Shown: positions 1 to 11,880, counted from the stretch's first letter. The stretch is 64,000 nt of DNA from Octopus sinensis (GCF_006345805.1 NC_043003.1:86738001-86802000); one strand, 5' to 3'. The notes: generated from the sequence alone by a model not told the origin. Program-made: numbers and translations.

Positions 1-776
1 CTAGTTCATGTACAGGTAACTACTTAGTTAGTTATACGCCGCTTCAGTTGTGGGTATATTAGGAATAAGTGCGGTATATTATATGATCAATAAGGAAATC
101 TGTTTCAATAGTTTATTTTTAAAACGGACGTAGGGGGAAATGCCCCGTTTTATTGGGTGGATTTCTACCCTATGTGTGTAAGTATGATATCAATATTCAT
201 TCAAATGAACACGATAGCTAACTGTCTCTTGTAACAGTATGTTTTCTGGTGATATTATTTGTGAGATCACTAGATCTTATAAATATCACTAGATCTCCAG
301 GGATAAAATCAGCTGTGAATAATTAGTACCACATTAAGACATTACAAACAAAAAGATTAGAAAATGACAAATATCTTCCAGATAAATGTAAAAAAGTTGA
401 AATGTATTAAAAGCGATAAAGTTTAAATTTGGTTTGGTGGATCTCCGTCGTTTTATGCGATGATGATTCCGTTGTTCGATCAACTGAATTATTCGCTTCT
501 GAATTTACTTGGAAGTGGTTGAGCTTCCATAGATAGATGTACTCTTAACTTAATTCTCGGACAGAATTACGATGACATAGTGTGTGACAAAGCTGTACCT
601 TCTGAATTACATGCACAATCCATCCGACAAGCTTGCATATGAATCTACCCGATCTGACATACAAAGCTTTGGTAAACTCGAAGCTATAGAAAGTAGGATT
701 TGCCTAACGTACACAGTTAGGTCAAAACTAGAACTTCGTGGATGTGAAGCGAACTTAATCATTCTACTTTACTTAC

Positions 777-861
777 CAGCACAACATTGAATACTACCTA
801 CAAATACAGGATTCTGTTGCTTGAAACGTTTAGCAAAATCTGTACAATATTTTATATTTTC
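777..861 (-). other. Candidate coding exon of an unidentified gene (ENIKYCTDFAKRFKQQNPVFVGSIQCCA)
   Basis: Minus strand has acceptor tacttttacag|G at 862/861, an 85-nt open frame and donor GCTG|GTAAGT at 777/776. A branch-like CTAAC and a second acceptor ctttctatag lie about 90 nt downstream. No protein family recognised. Confidence 0.3.
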
Positions 862-1182
862 CTGTAAAAGTACAACATTAGCTGCAATACCATAGCGCAG
901 AATTTAAGACGGAGAATGACAACGATTTTTTTTCTTATCATAGAAAAATCGCATTTTTCTACAAAGATAAATCACCATTCTTTTAAACAAAATAAAACAT
1001 TGCGGTCCAACAAGCAAGGCTAATTCCAATGAAATGGAATCATCTTGGGATGAGATTATATTTCCAGAAATATTGTTCAAAGTATAGTGGAGATTAATCA
1101 TAAAGAAAAAATATCTTGAATGGCAAAATAAAACCTTGGATCGCCTGTCATACTTTAAACAACACTCTCTTCTCCTTCCCGC

Positions 1183-1219
<37 letters not shown>

Positions 1220-1381
1220 ACACAATCACTTTACACACGTACACACATACACACATGCACAAAACAGATAAACACATATTTACATATATACATACACACA
1301 CACATGCATACGTACATACATATATATGTGTGTGTGTGTACGTATTATGTGTATATATATATATATACATACACACACAAA

Positions 1382-1436
<55 letters not shown>

Positions 1437-1539
1437 GGATAGAGAAACAGATTGAGAAATACAATTAGTTACATCTGAATAAAAACATCTATGTGCAGGT
1501 AAATATATGTATGTATGTATGTATGTGTGTGTGTGTACA

Positions 1540-1652
1540 TTATTGACATTTGTCCTCATCTTGTTTGTTGTTAACACAACGTTTCGGCTGATATACCCTC
1601 CAGCCTTCATCAGGTGTATTGGGGAAATTTCGAACCTGGGGTTCCCATTCTA
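1540..1652 (-). mobile_element. Distal 3' (pLTR) part of a Penelope-like element, separated from its body by the R4 insertion
   Basis: Carries a minimal hammerhead (1573-1617). A second copy of the same sequence lies at 23555-23665. It continues, across the TAA arrays and the R4 LINE, into the GIY-YIG PLE at 5684-6376. Confidence 0.75.
1573..1617 (-). ncRNA. Minimal type-I hammerhead ribozyme motif (PLE-associated)
   Basis: Minus strand: ACAC-CTGATGA-A-GGCTG(gagggtatat)CAGCC-GAAAC-GTT-GTGT. Stems I and II pair and stem III is an ACGT palindrome. Confidence 0.8.
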
Positions 1653-1678
1653 AGTTGTTGTTCTTGTTGTTATTATTA

Positions 1679-1722
<44 letters not shown>

Positions 1723-1737
1723 TATTATTATTATTAT
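1653..1737. repeat. (TTG)/(TTA)n microsatellite at the 3' junction of the R4/Dong element
   Basis: Direct reading of the repeat. Confidence 0.95.
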
Positions 1738-4700
1738 CTTTTTTTTCTTTTTCTTTCAAATTTGCTTCCATTTCTTGCCGAGTGTCTTCCCGACTCCTAG
1801 GGAAAAGAAACTCATAGTATACATTGGTAGGCCATTAAACTAAACTCACTAGTTCGTTCATTTTTTTTTTAAGTTAAATTAAAATACATGGGTAGTAATA
1901 GTTCTCACATCGACAATGATCTTCTCAATACGTGTGATGTACCAGTTAAGACAATCTTTTGCACTTCTTGCAGGGATGGTAAGTCAGAGATCATTCTCAT
2001 ATAATTTTCGGTTCCCTTCTTGATCCTACGATCACTGGTATTGTAACCGCCTTGAGATGCCACATTTTCTCAATTTCAATAAGCAGGTCTTTATATTTTC
2101 TGAGCTTGTCAAACTCTTTCGCCGAGATATTATGATCACATGGGATGCTCATGTCGATCAATAAGCAAACTTTATTGTTTTGATCTTTTACAACAATATC
2201 CGGTTTATTGGCTTTGATGGTTCGGTCTGTATGTACTAGAAAGTCCCACAGAATCGTTACATTTTCTCCTTCAGTTACAGCTTCAGGGTGGTGATTATAC
2301 CACTTGTCGGCAGTTTTGATATTGTAATGCCGACTTATTAGCCAGTGTAGATATTGGCCAACTCTGTCATGTCTTAATTTATACTCCACTGGTGCTAAGA
2401 CTTTACATCCAGAGATTAGGTGGTCCACTGTTTCAATCATGTCGTTGCAGAATCGGCATTTTGGGTCTGCTCCATTTTTCATCACAATGGCCTGGTAGTT
2501 CCGGGTTAATAGGCTTTGATCTTGAGCAGCCAGGATGAAACCTTCGCTCTCTGCTTTTAGCCCTGAGCTCCGTATCCACTGATGGGTTTACTTCTGGTCA
2601 ACATCAGCTTGTTTGCCACGGGCCACATATTTGCCGTGCAGAGGTTTCTCCTCCCACCTATCAGCCAATTCCTCGTGCGCTTTTTTCGTTGCCATTATTT
2701 TCACCTTCTTTGAAACAATAATTGCCGTACTTCCCTCGGGTTGTTCAGTTTGGGTATCCTGCACGAGATCAATAGCAAATTTTTTGCTTTCCTTTATGAT
2801 AGAATGAAGCTTCTTTCATCTCTCGTGATTTTCCACGAGCTTTAGCATCCAGTCATTCGTTATTTCAAGATATTTGGCCAGTCCAATTGTGATTGTTTTG
2901 TAAGCTAGTTCAAATTGGATCAGGCCTCGACCTCCTTGGGCTCTGGGAAGGTAAAGGCAATCTACGTCTGCCTTTGGGTGGTGCATCCTATTACAACTCA
3001 GCAGCTTGCGTATTTTCCTATCTATATTCTTTACTTCACTCATATTCCAGTTCAACACATTGTAGCTATAAGTAACAACTGGAACTGCTAAGGAATTTAT
3101 AGCTAACACCTTGTTACGTGCATTTAGTTCAGATTTCAGGACTGCACGAACTCTCCTATAACATTCCTTCCTGATCTTCTCTTTCATGCTTGCATGCTGA
3201 ATACCAGAGCCTTCATTTATCCCTAAATATTTGTATGTTTGTTCTTGCTCAAGCTCTCTTATGACTGTGTCAACATCTAACACGACTGAATTTGTAGTCT
3301 TCACTTTCCCTTTTTGGAAAGTGGTCTTGGCACACTTCTCAAGCCCAAACTCCATCCCGATGTCATCGCTGAATGCTTTCAGAGTGCGCAATAGGCCTTC
3401 AAGTTCATTATCGTCTTTACCATAAAGTTTTAAGTCATCCATACAAAATAGATAGCTTATTTTTTATTGGCAATTTTATACCCATACCCTGTTCTGTTTA
3501 ATTCACTTGTAAGGGGTATTAGGGCTATGCAGAATATTAAAGGTGAAAGTGAGTCACCTTGAAAAATTCCACAGTTGATGTTTATATTTTCTGAGGCAAG
3601 TACTCCATTAGAGTGGTATAATTGGAGATTCGTATTCCACAACGACATATTGTGCTTCAGGAAGCTTGAAATCACAGGGGAAATTTTGAAGATGTCCAGC
3701 GATCTCAAGATCCATGGATGCGGTATACTGTTGAAGGCCTTTTTATAGTCAATCCATGCGGAGCTGAGATTTCTGCGCTTGTTGTGATAGTTGTCAAGGA
3801 TCATACGATTAATTAGCAGTTGATCTTTGCATCCGTATGAGCCTCGGCGGCACCCTTTTTGTTCAATGGGGAAAATATCGTTCTTCTCCATGAATGCATA
3901 TGTTTTCTCCGCCAGGATAGATGTTAGGATTTTATACGTGGTGGATAGACAAGTTATAGGCCGATAGTTTTTTGGAAGGTTGATTTCGTTATTCTTTGGG
4001 AGTAGGTAAGTAATACCACTTGCTAACTATTCAGGTGTTTTCTTTGGGTCTCTCATAATTCCATTGAGCAGCTGAACTAGCTTATCGTTTGCGCATGGGA
4101 GCGATGCGAGCCAGAAATTCGGCACCCTATCTTTACCGGGGGATTTCCAATTATGGGCCTTCGTGAGTGCCTTTCTTAGGTCTGCTATTGTGATGTCTTC
4201 CCATGCTTGTTGTTGTAAATTTTGGTAGGATCCTTCAGTTTGTATAATCCAGTCTGTATTTATGTTGTACATCTTCTTGTCACTCCAAAAGCTTTGAACT
4301 TCTTCCATGGGAGGGGGTTCTTTAACGGTTACTTTCTCCTTCCCTATTTCTCTGTAGAATTTTTTGGCATTGGATGTGAACAGCTTATTTTGCTTGTAAA
4401 ACTTGTTTCTCTTCTCAAATCTTCGTATTCTTTGGACTTTTGCTTGGACTTTTTGTTTCAGCGTTTCTTTTATTGATATCAGTTCTTCTCTTGGTGAGGA
4501 TCCAAATTTTCTCTTCATCTTTCTTCCTGTTCTGGATCTTACATCATTTCCACATATTAGTTCATTTAATATTAATATTTCCCCTCTCATAAATTCAATC
4601 TCTTTTTCAATTTTACTTCTCCAGGTTTGATTTCTTCCCAGGTTTGGTTTTCTTTGTTTTTTCGGGGGCATACAGCTGGTTTCAATTGCTCGAGCAGAAG

Positions 4701-5656
4701 CGTAAATAATTTCATTTAACTCAGTAAAATCAGGTTTTAATTCTTGTATTATTTCATTTGTTACATAGTTGCCAATTTTGATTTGTTTTTTACTTTGGTT
4801 TGTATTTGAGAATTTATGAAGTGGTTTTCTATCATTCATACTTGTATGTCTTACAACTTCAAGCGTATTCAGGATTTTCTGCTTCATTTCTGCCATAGAC
4901 TCTCTGTGTTCTTCAGCAAATGCGAGATCTTCAGTTACTGTTGTTTTGTCATTTTCCTGGATATCTTTAACAGGTTCAATAGAATTTCTTGTACCTTCAG
5001 GCCTTTGCGTACTTTGGTCAGATGGCAATCTTTCAATTAAGCCTCGTGGCTGGCTATACTGTTCATCTGATTCTTCATTTCCTTTGTGTCTTATATTTAT
5101 GTCATTTTCCGTTGCGTGCTTGATCGCGCTTATTTCACTGTCTGTGAGTCTGTTATTTCTAAGGATATCCCTCCTCACATTTGCTAATTTGTTCTCGTCC
5201 AAATAGGGCCTACTGTCTTGATTCCGTGTTCTCCATATACTGTAAGAGTTTGCGGTGTGTGTCTCTTGAGATGGCCTACCTATTGCATAGTAATAAGCGT
5301 ATATTACTTCTTTATGCTCTTCTCGGGTCCATTTGTTCCGTTTACATTTTTCTTTCCGTGGTGGTTGTGGTGGTGAACTTGGAGGGCTCGAGTTGGGGAA
5401 TTTCCCGTTCAAGTGACCATCCATGTCCGTATTCGGAGAAGAGTTTGTGCCAGTTGATGACTTTTCGATCCCAGGCTGGCTCTTCCCTGGGGGACGCGCT
5501 TCCAGATTAACCATAGGACAAGCGATTTGGTATACTGATTTAGTTTTCCTTTTAGTTTCCAAAAACATTTTGGTGCTACGATAATGTTATCATTTTTTAG
5601 CTTTGATTGGCTAGTGGGGAGACGGCCATCATTGCCGTTACAATTATAATCGTACC
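1738..5656 (-). mobile_element. Full-length R4/Dong-clade non-LTR retrotransposon (RT plus restriction-like endonuclease)
   Basis: Myb-like N-terminus (KWTREEHKEV), RT motifs (NYRPITCL, QKGC, DYKKAFNS, GIFQGDSLSP, MDD), CCHC knuckle CRFC..ETVDHLISGC, RHD, PDIVV..LIDMSIP and C-terminal QKIVLTGTSHVLRRSL*. Flanked by (TAA)n on both sides. Confidence 0.92.
1905..5568 (-). pseudogene. Disrupted single ORF of the R4/Dong element (about 1200 codons)
   Basis: Joins track ORFs 4027-5568, 3457-3891, 2816-3442 and 1997-2485. In-frame stops at 4027, 2816 and about 2588, a frameshift in the A-run at about 3460 and a small deletion at about 2023. Terminal TGA at 1905-1907. Confidence 0.88.
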
Positions 5657-5683
5657 ATTATTATTATTATTATTATTATTATT

Positions 5684-6376
5684 GTCATCGAACTCGGAAT
5701 CTTGGGGTTAGAATCTTAACCACTATGTCATATGCCCGTAGGCAATTATGGAGTGAATTTTAGGATTAATAAATCTAACATTTTCCTATCCTTCCTAAAT
5801 ACCGGTTCCCATATGCTACTCATATCTGCACACGGTCTGCTTAGGAAGTTGCTGTGTCCTTGCATATGTGTTGTTTCTTTTAGTTTTCGTATTTTCCAGT
5901 GATGTGCTCTGTCTATTATTTTAATTTCATCTCACAGGGGGCAGGTGGTCTCCATTTTTCCATACAGGATCAGCTATACACGATTTATCAATATCTCCTC
6001 GTGTCACAGCTTTGCGATGTTCGTCTTCCCTTATCTTGAGGGGACGGAATGTTTCGCCTTTGTATAACCTACTACAGCTGCATGAGATGAAGTATACGCT
6101 GTCTTTGGTCATATTCTCTTCTATTGGTGGTTTTACACGAAGGTGATCTTTGCGAAGTGTTATATTACTCTTGAATACTGTCCTGATGTCATATGAGCCA
6201 CATATATTTTGTATCTTTTCGGAGACGCCTTTCACATAGGGTAGACAGCCTGTGGACAGTTTATTGGTTTCATCCTCCCTCTCCATAATTGGAGTGGATA
6301 ATATGTTTTGTGGGTAGTTGTTGCTTAATAGATCGTTATTGAACTTGATCGTTTCTTCGTGGTGTGTCTCACGATC
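5684..6376 (-). mobile_element. Penelope-like element (Poseidon-type) GIY-YIG endonuclease region and 3' UTR
   Basis: ORF 5927-6286: LPYVKGVSEKI..VFKS..VYFISCSCSRLYKGETFRPLKIREDEH, the PLE linker plus GIY-YIG signature. Confidence 0.85.
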
Positions 6377-6419
6377 TCTACTTATATTCTATGCTCGGTG
6401 TTTTAGGCATTCTATACTG

Positions 6420-6721
6420 TTTGAATGGTGGAAATTGAAGTTGAGGTATCGTCCAGTGAAGGTCAACTCCAATTCCCACCATCCATACAGTGTAAAGAGA
6501 GGGATTGCTCAATGCATAAAACATGGTGCAAAGAATATAAGTAGCGATCGTGATACACACCGCGAAGAAATGATCACGCTCAATAACAATCTATTAAGCA
6601 ACAACCCGAAAACATACTATCCACTCCAATTATGAAAAAAAACAGAGGAAGAAACCAATAAACTGTCCACAGTCTATCTACCCATGTGAAAGGCCCCTCC
6701 GAAAAGATACATAAGATATAT
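6420..6721 (+). mobile_element. Inverted fragment of the same PLE (RT thumb and linker)
   Basis: Encodes NSHHPYSVKRGIAQCIKH..ISSD. Segment 6546-6721 is an inverted near-copy of 6202-6376. Confidence 0.8.
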
Positions 6722-6879
6722 ATTGATATATACATACATACATACATACATATACATAAACATATACATGTGTATATATATGCATATTTATGTATATTTG
6801 TATATACATACATACACACATAGACATGTATATGTATATAATGTATGTATGTATGCATATATATATATGTGTGTGTGTG

Positions 6880-6917
<38 letters not shown>

Positions 6918-6992
6918 TACACACATACATACATACATACATACATACATACATACATACATACATACATACATACATACATACATACATAC
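6722..6992. repeat. Compound (TA)/(TG)/(TACA)n microsatellite
   Basis: Direct reading. Confidence 0.95.
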
Positions 6993-7517
6993 TTCAGAAC
7001 TAACATTTCTTTGTACCCATAAACATTATTTTTTCAGATCTGACACTATCTACCGCGCCTTTACAAAGAAAAGGAGAAAAACACACAGACAGAAAGAAAA
7101 TGTCCTACCAATTTGAAGACTATGGAGATATTTGCAAAACATTTCATTGAATTTTTTCTTCGATTTGATTGTTTTTCGTGTTTTACTTTCTTAGTTGAAT
7201 AAGTCGAAAAGGCTGAAACCGGTACAAAATGCATTTCATGCTAAAAGTATTTTAGCATTTTCTACCTTGTCTTATTTTCCTTATTTGTGTGTGTAGTGTG
7301 GTGTATTGATCATAACATATAGCCAGAGTTCTGGATGAACACACTATAATATTGTTCGTATTACTCGTAGCATACACGTGGGTACAGCGTTTGAATAGTG
7401 TATTCACATTCGGCTCTGTAAATTTTGGATGTGTTGGTTGGATATCTGTTACATGATGTCGCTCGATTATGTGCATATTCGGCCATGGCACTTTCAAATT
7501 TTATATAAATTGGAAAT

Positions 7518-7580
7518 ATTATACTGAAGAGAAAAGTAAGTAAAACTTAAAATACTTTAATCTCGAAACGCGTATATAAT
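7518..7580 (+). ncRNA. Minimal type-I hammerhead ribozyme motif
   Basis: ATTATA-CTGAAGA-GA..(aaagta/tacttt)..TC-GAAAC-GC-GTA-TATAAT, with a 6-bp stem I, ACGCGT palindrome and GUA site. Confidence 0.8.
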
Positions 7581-7734
7581 TAATCCTGGTCGTGTTGATT
7601 CCTTGTTTTTTCTCTTTGCCTTCGTAAAAAAGTATGTTTACCGTCATGGAGGTTCTTATAGTAGTATAAAAGTAATGTTTAACTCCTTTTTCTAATTTCG
7701 GTATGTAGTGAAGCAGTTAGCTGAACCCTAATTA

Positions 7735-7737
<3 letters not shown>

Positions 7738-7785
<48 letters not shown>

Positions 7786-7867
7786 CATATATATATACAT
7801 ATATATATATATTATACATATATATATACATATAATATATATATATATATACAAATATATCTATACA

Positions 7868-7907
<40 letters not shown>

Positions 7908-8082
7908 ATATATATATATATATATAATATATATATATACATATATATATATAAACACACACACACACACACACACGCATATATATATATATATAATATA
8001 TATATATATATATTATATATATATAATATATATATATATATATACATATATACACACACATATATATATACATACATATACG
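7738..8082. repeat. (TA)n/(CA)n microsatellite block
   Basis: Direct reading. Confidence 0.95.
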
Positions 8083-8340
8083 GTGACGCAATGGCCCAGT
8101 GGTTAGGGCAGCGGACTCGAGGTTGTAGGATCGCGGTTTCGATTCCCAGACCGTGATTCCCAGAGGGTGATAGCGATCCCTGCTGTACTCTTTCGCCACA
8201 ACTTTCTCTCACTCTTTCTTCTGTTGCTCGCTTAGCCAGCGGGGTGGCGTCACTTGAAGGCTAAAACAATGCAAAGCGTATTGTGACCAGCGATGTGTAG
8301 CAACATCTGATAGCCTGGTCGGTCACGGTGATCACGGTGA
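8083..8340 (+). mobile_element. tRNA-derived SINE, family C (internally deleted)
   Basis: Head GCAATGGCCCAGTGGTTAGGGCAGCGGACTCG..GTTTCGATTCCC matches 26560-26660 (-). It has a (CACGGTGAT)2 tail and shares its 3' part with 21405-21520. Confidence 0.8.
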
Positions 8341-9057
8341 TATATACATATACATATATATATACATATAATTCCAAGAGAGTTAGAGGTTGTGAATCCA
8401 GCCAACTAAGGAATAATATCTATCCAATATACTGCTGGTAGAATACCCAATTATTAATACACAAGTGATTTTTCATTGCATGGCAATTACACTACTGAAT
8501 GTAATAAATGGGTGAGGGTAAAAAGTTGTTTTACTCTTAACTTATACGGCAATAAGAAAATGGGGGGGGATTAAGAAGTGGTATTCATCAATTTTTAGAT
8601 ATTATATTATGTCTATTAATTTATTTTTAAAAATAACAATTATAACAATATACATACATGTATAACATATTATGCTTTACATATATAAAAATACAGGTAA
8701 TTATTAAAATATATAACGTAGAACATAGAAAATAGAATAGTAGAATAGTTTCTATGTTCAGCGTTATATATTTTGATAATTACTGGTATTTTTATATATG
8801 TAAATCATAAGATGCTATACATGTATGTATATTGTTATAACTGTTTTCTTTTTAATAAATAAAGACATAATATAATGTCTAAAAGTTGATGAATACCACC
8901 ACTAGATCTCCTCCATTTTCTTATTGCCGTATATATATATATCTATATATATATGTATGTATGTATGTATGTATGCATGCATGTATGTATGTATGTGTGT
9001 ATGTATGTATGTATGTATGTATGTATGTATGTATGTATGTATGTGTATATATAAAAT

Positions 9058-9270
9058 ATAGCTTCAGGCCCACCAAATCCTTGTGACCGGATTTCGTACA
9101 CGGAAACTGAACGAAGACTGTCGTATATATGTGCATGTGTGTATGTTTGTGTGTGTGTCTGTGTTTGTGCCCCCACCATCACTTGACGACAGATGTTGCT
9201 GTGTTTAAGTCCCCGTAACTTAGCCGTTTAGCAAAACACACCGATAGAAGTACTAGGCTTACAAAAAATA
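9058..9270 (+). mobile_element. SINE family B, internal fragment
   Basis: Similar to the middle of 28152-28573 (ggaaactgaa.gaag.c.gtcgtatatatg, (TG)n, ccccgtaacttagc). Confidence 0.75.
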
Positions 9271-9733
9271 AATCACTTTTTTTACTGTTATATTCCTGTG
9301 CCAGTATCCAGGTATATTCAGAAAATGTGACTGTAAATGTGTTGAAATGATAAATATGAATTTAGGAACTTTATTGTTTCATCCGAACTGTAAAAAAGGT
9401 ACTATTAAGAAAATACTAAAAATCTAAGTTATAAAAGATAAAACTTGAACAATCGTGCATTTTACGAAGCTTCTATAATAGAAAAGCAGTTCCCCTTTTA
9501 TATATATATTGGTGTGCATTCAAAGCAATGAATACTTGTATTCAAAGTAATGATTAGTAACTTACGAAACCGGTATGCTTGAATCTTTTTAACAATTCAC
9601 AATAATGACTTTTATTACTTTTATTCCTACCTCAGTTCATCTAATTGTATATATCTTTCGTTACTTTTCATAAAATGCCTTTACTTTTTTGATTTACAAT
9701 ATGCATTTTCGTTTATTTTTCTTACTTTCTCCC

Positions 9734-9786
<53 letters not shown>

Positions 9787-11252
9787 CATAGACGATAGTC
9801 TTCACATCAACTGTCCAGTACCATAACAACAAATGAGAACCAACCCACAATCCTGCAATAAAATTAACAAAGAGGTAAAAGCCATGGCCGTGGGTGCAAC
9901 TTTTAATATATTGATTGCAGGCCAGGGGTTTTAGTAAATCATAAAGCATATATCATGATCAAAGGCCATACGGAAAACTTTGCTCCTAGCCTTAAGCGTA
10001 GATTAATAAACCCAGCAAAATTTGAGATCGGATTAGTAAGAAAGTTTTAAAAGGAAGATTAATAACATCGTGAGAAAAGCCTCTAATATTAATTGAATAA
10101 ACAAATTTAATACAATCCTTACTTACTTAATATATATGATAACCATCTTATCAAATTTACCCAACTTGACATAATATAGTTTTATCTTTCGCTCTCTAAA
10201 ATATTATTATGTAAAGCACTAAATCTTGCTAAAATTTGTAACACCATAAGTGAGAGAGATTATAATGCAAGCTAAAATGGTTCTGATTTTTCCTTGAAAA
10301 TCCATCTTGGTTAAAAGGTCTGACCTGGACAGTTTCTTCAATGTAAACAGACGTACATCTTTGTAAAACTATACATCTTGAATATGTTAAATAAGAAGTC
10401 TACCTCTACAGACTTTAACCATCATGCAGATGACGAAGGAGTTGATTCTAAAAATGCCAAAGGGTCTACACAAGATACATGAATAAAAGATAATCTAAAT
10501 TTCTGTACATATCTCAAATTCACAATAGTGAATTTATAATTAATTTACTTGGTGTCATCCTAGATTTAATTACTAATTCTTATTAACCATTTCGATAATA
10601 GAAAAGGAAAAGCTCGCTATTGTTAAATAGGTTTATACCAGCCACCTACAGTACACAAATATCTTACCAACAATCTAAGTAGAATGATTTCAAATTGTTA
10701 CTCTGGTAAACGTTTGACAACTAAGTCTTTTAAGGTTAAATCTATTATGTTTGAATCCACTTGCTTAAAAACGCGTTGGATCAAATATAGTACGTACATT
10801 CTCAATCCTAGAACCACCTATACAAAGAAAAGTCTTCGAAAACTTTTCTTTTTACTCCTTACACACTTAAGTTAGCTCCAACACAGCAAAACCTCATTCA
10901 AAATTGAACTGATAGTAGCCACAAGTATACAAATCCCTTCAACACCAAAGTAACACCAAAGTAAGTTTAGTTGTCTATATAAATAATATTATAACCTATG
11001 AACCCGCCATACCGACTGACGTTGATTGTTCATTAAGAGACAGCAGTACATATCTCTTGAATGGATTCTATAATTCAGAATTTATAGTAAACAAAACAGA
11101 AATTAACCAAAGTTTTCGAACCTCGTTACAACTCCAGAACGCTATATATAAAAGGTAATAATGCTGATAACCTCAGAACTATTTACAATGTATAAATATC
11201 TTTTTCTACTCTAGGCACAAGGCCCGGTTTTGGGGGAAGGGGGCCAGTCGAT

Positions 11253-11880
11253 TAGATCGACCCCAGTATGCAAGTGGTACTTAATTTATCGAGCCCAAAA
11301 GGATGAAAAGCAAAGTCGACCTCAGTGGAATTTGAACTCAGAAAGTAAAGAAAGACGAAATACCTATTTCTTTACAACCCACAAGGGGCTAAACACAGAG
11401 GGGACAAACAAGGACAGACAAACGGATTAAGTCGATTACATCAACACCAGTGCGTAACTGGTACTTAATTTATCGACCCCGAAAGGATGAAAGGCAAAAT
11501 CGACCTCAGCGGAATTTGAACTCACAACGTAACGACAGACGAAATACCGCTAGCATTTCGCCCGGCGTGCTAATGATTCTGTCAGCTCGCCGCCTTATAA
11601 CGTAGCGGCAGACGAAATACCTATTTCTTTACTACACACAAGGGACTAAACACAAAGACGACAAACAAGGACAGACAAACGGATTAAGTCGATTACATTG
11701 ACCCCAGTGCGTAACTGGTACTTATTTAATCGACCCCGAAAGGATGAAAGGCAAAGTCGACCTCGACGGAATTTGAACTCAGAACGTAACGGTAAACGAA
11801 ATACCTATTTCTTTACTACCCACAAGGGGCTAAACACGGAGAGGACAAACATGGACCGACAAACGGATTGAGTCGACTAT
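11253..11880 (-). repeat. Tandem array of about 3.5 SINE family A-derived units
   Basis: Repeated gtcgattacatcgaccccagt..gaaaggatgaaaggcaaagtcgacctc..gaatttgaactcagaa, joined by the linker gacgaaatacctatttctttacta-cccacaaggggctaaacac. Confidence 0.85.

Noticed and set aside
1136-1610. ORFs rich in YI/HT/CV/SL dipeptides here and throughout (6.6-7.0, 7.7-8.2, 12.7, 15.1, 22.3, 36-38.5, 42.7, 55 kb)
   Set aside because: They are translations of (TA), (CA), (TG) and (CT) microsatellites, which lack stops in some frames.
5569-5656. HDV-like ribozyme in the R4 5' UTR
   Set aside because: I could not fit the nested double pseudoknot (P1/P1.1/P2/P3/P4) by eye; an Infernal or RNAMotif search would be needed.
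11253-11880. CRISPR-like regular repeats
   Set aside because: Units are about 180-230 nt SINE bodies with no unique spacers, in a eukaryotic context with no cas genes.
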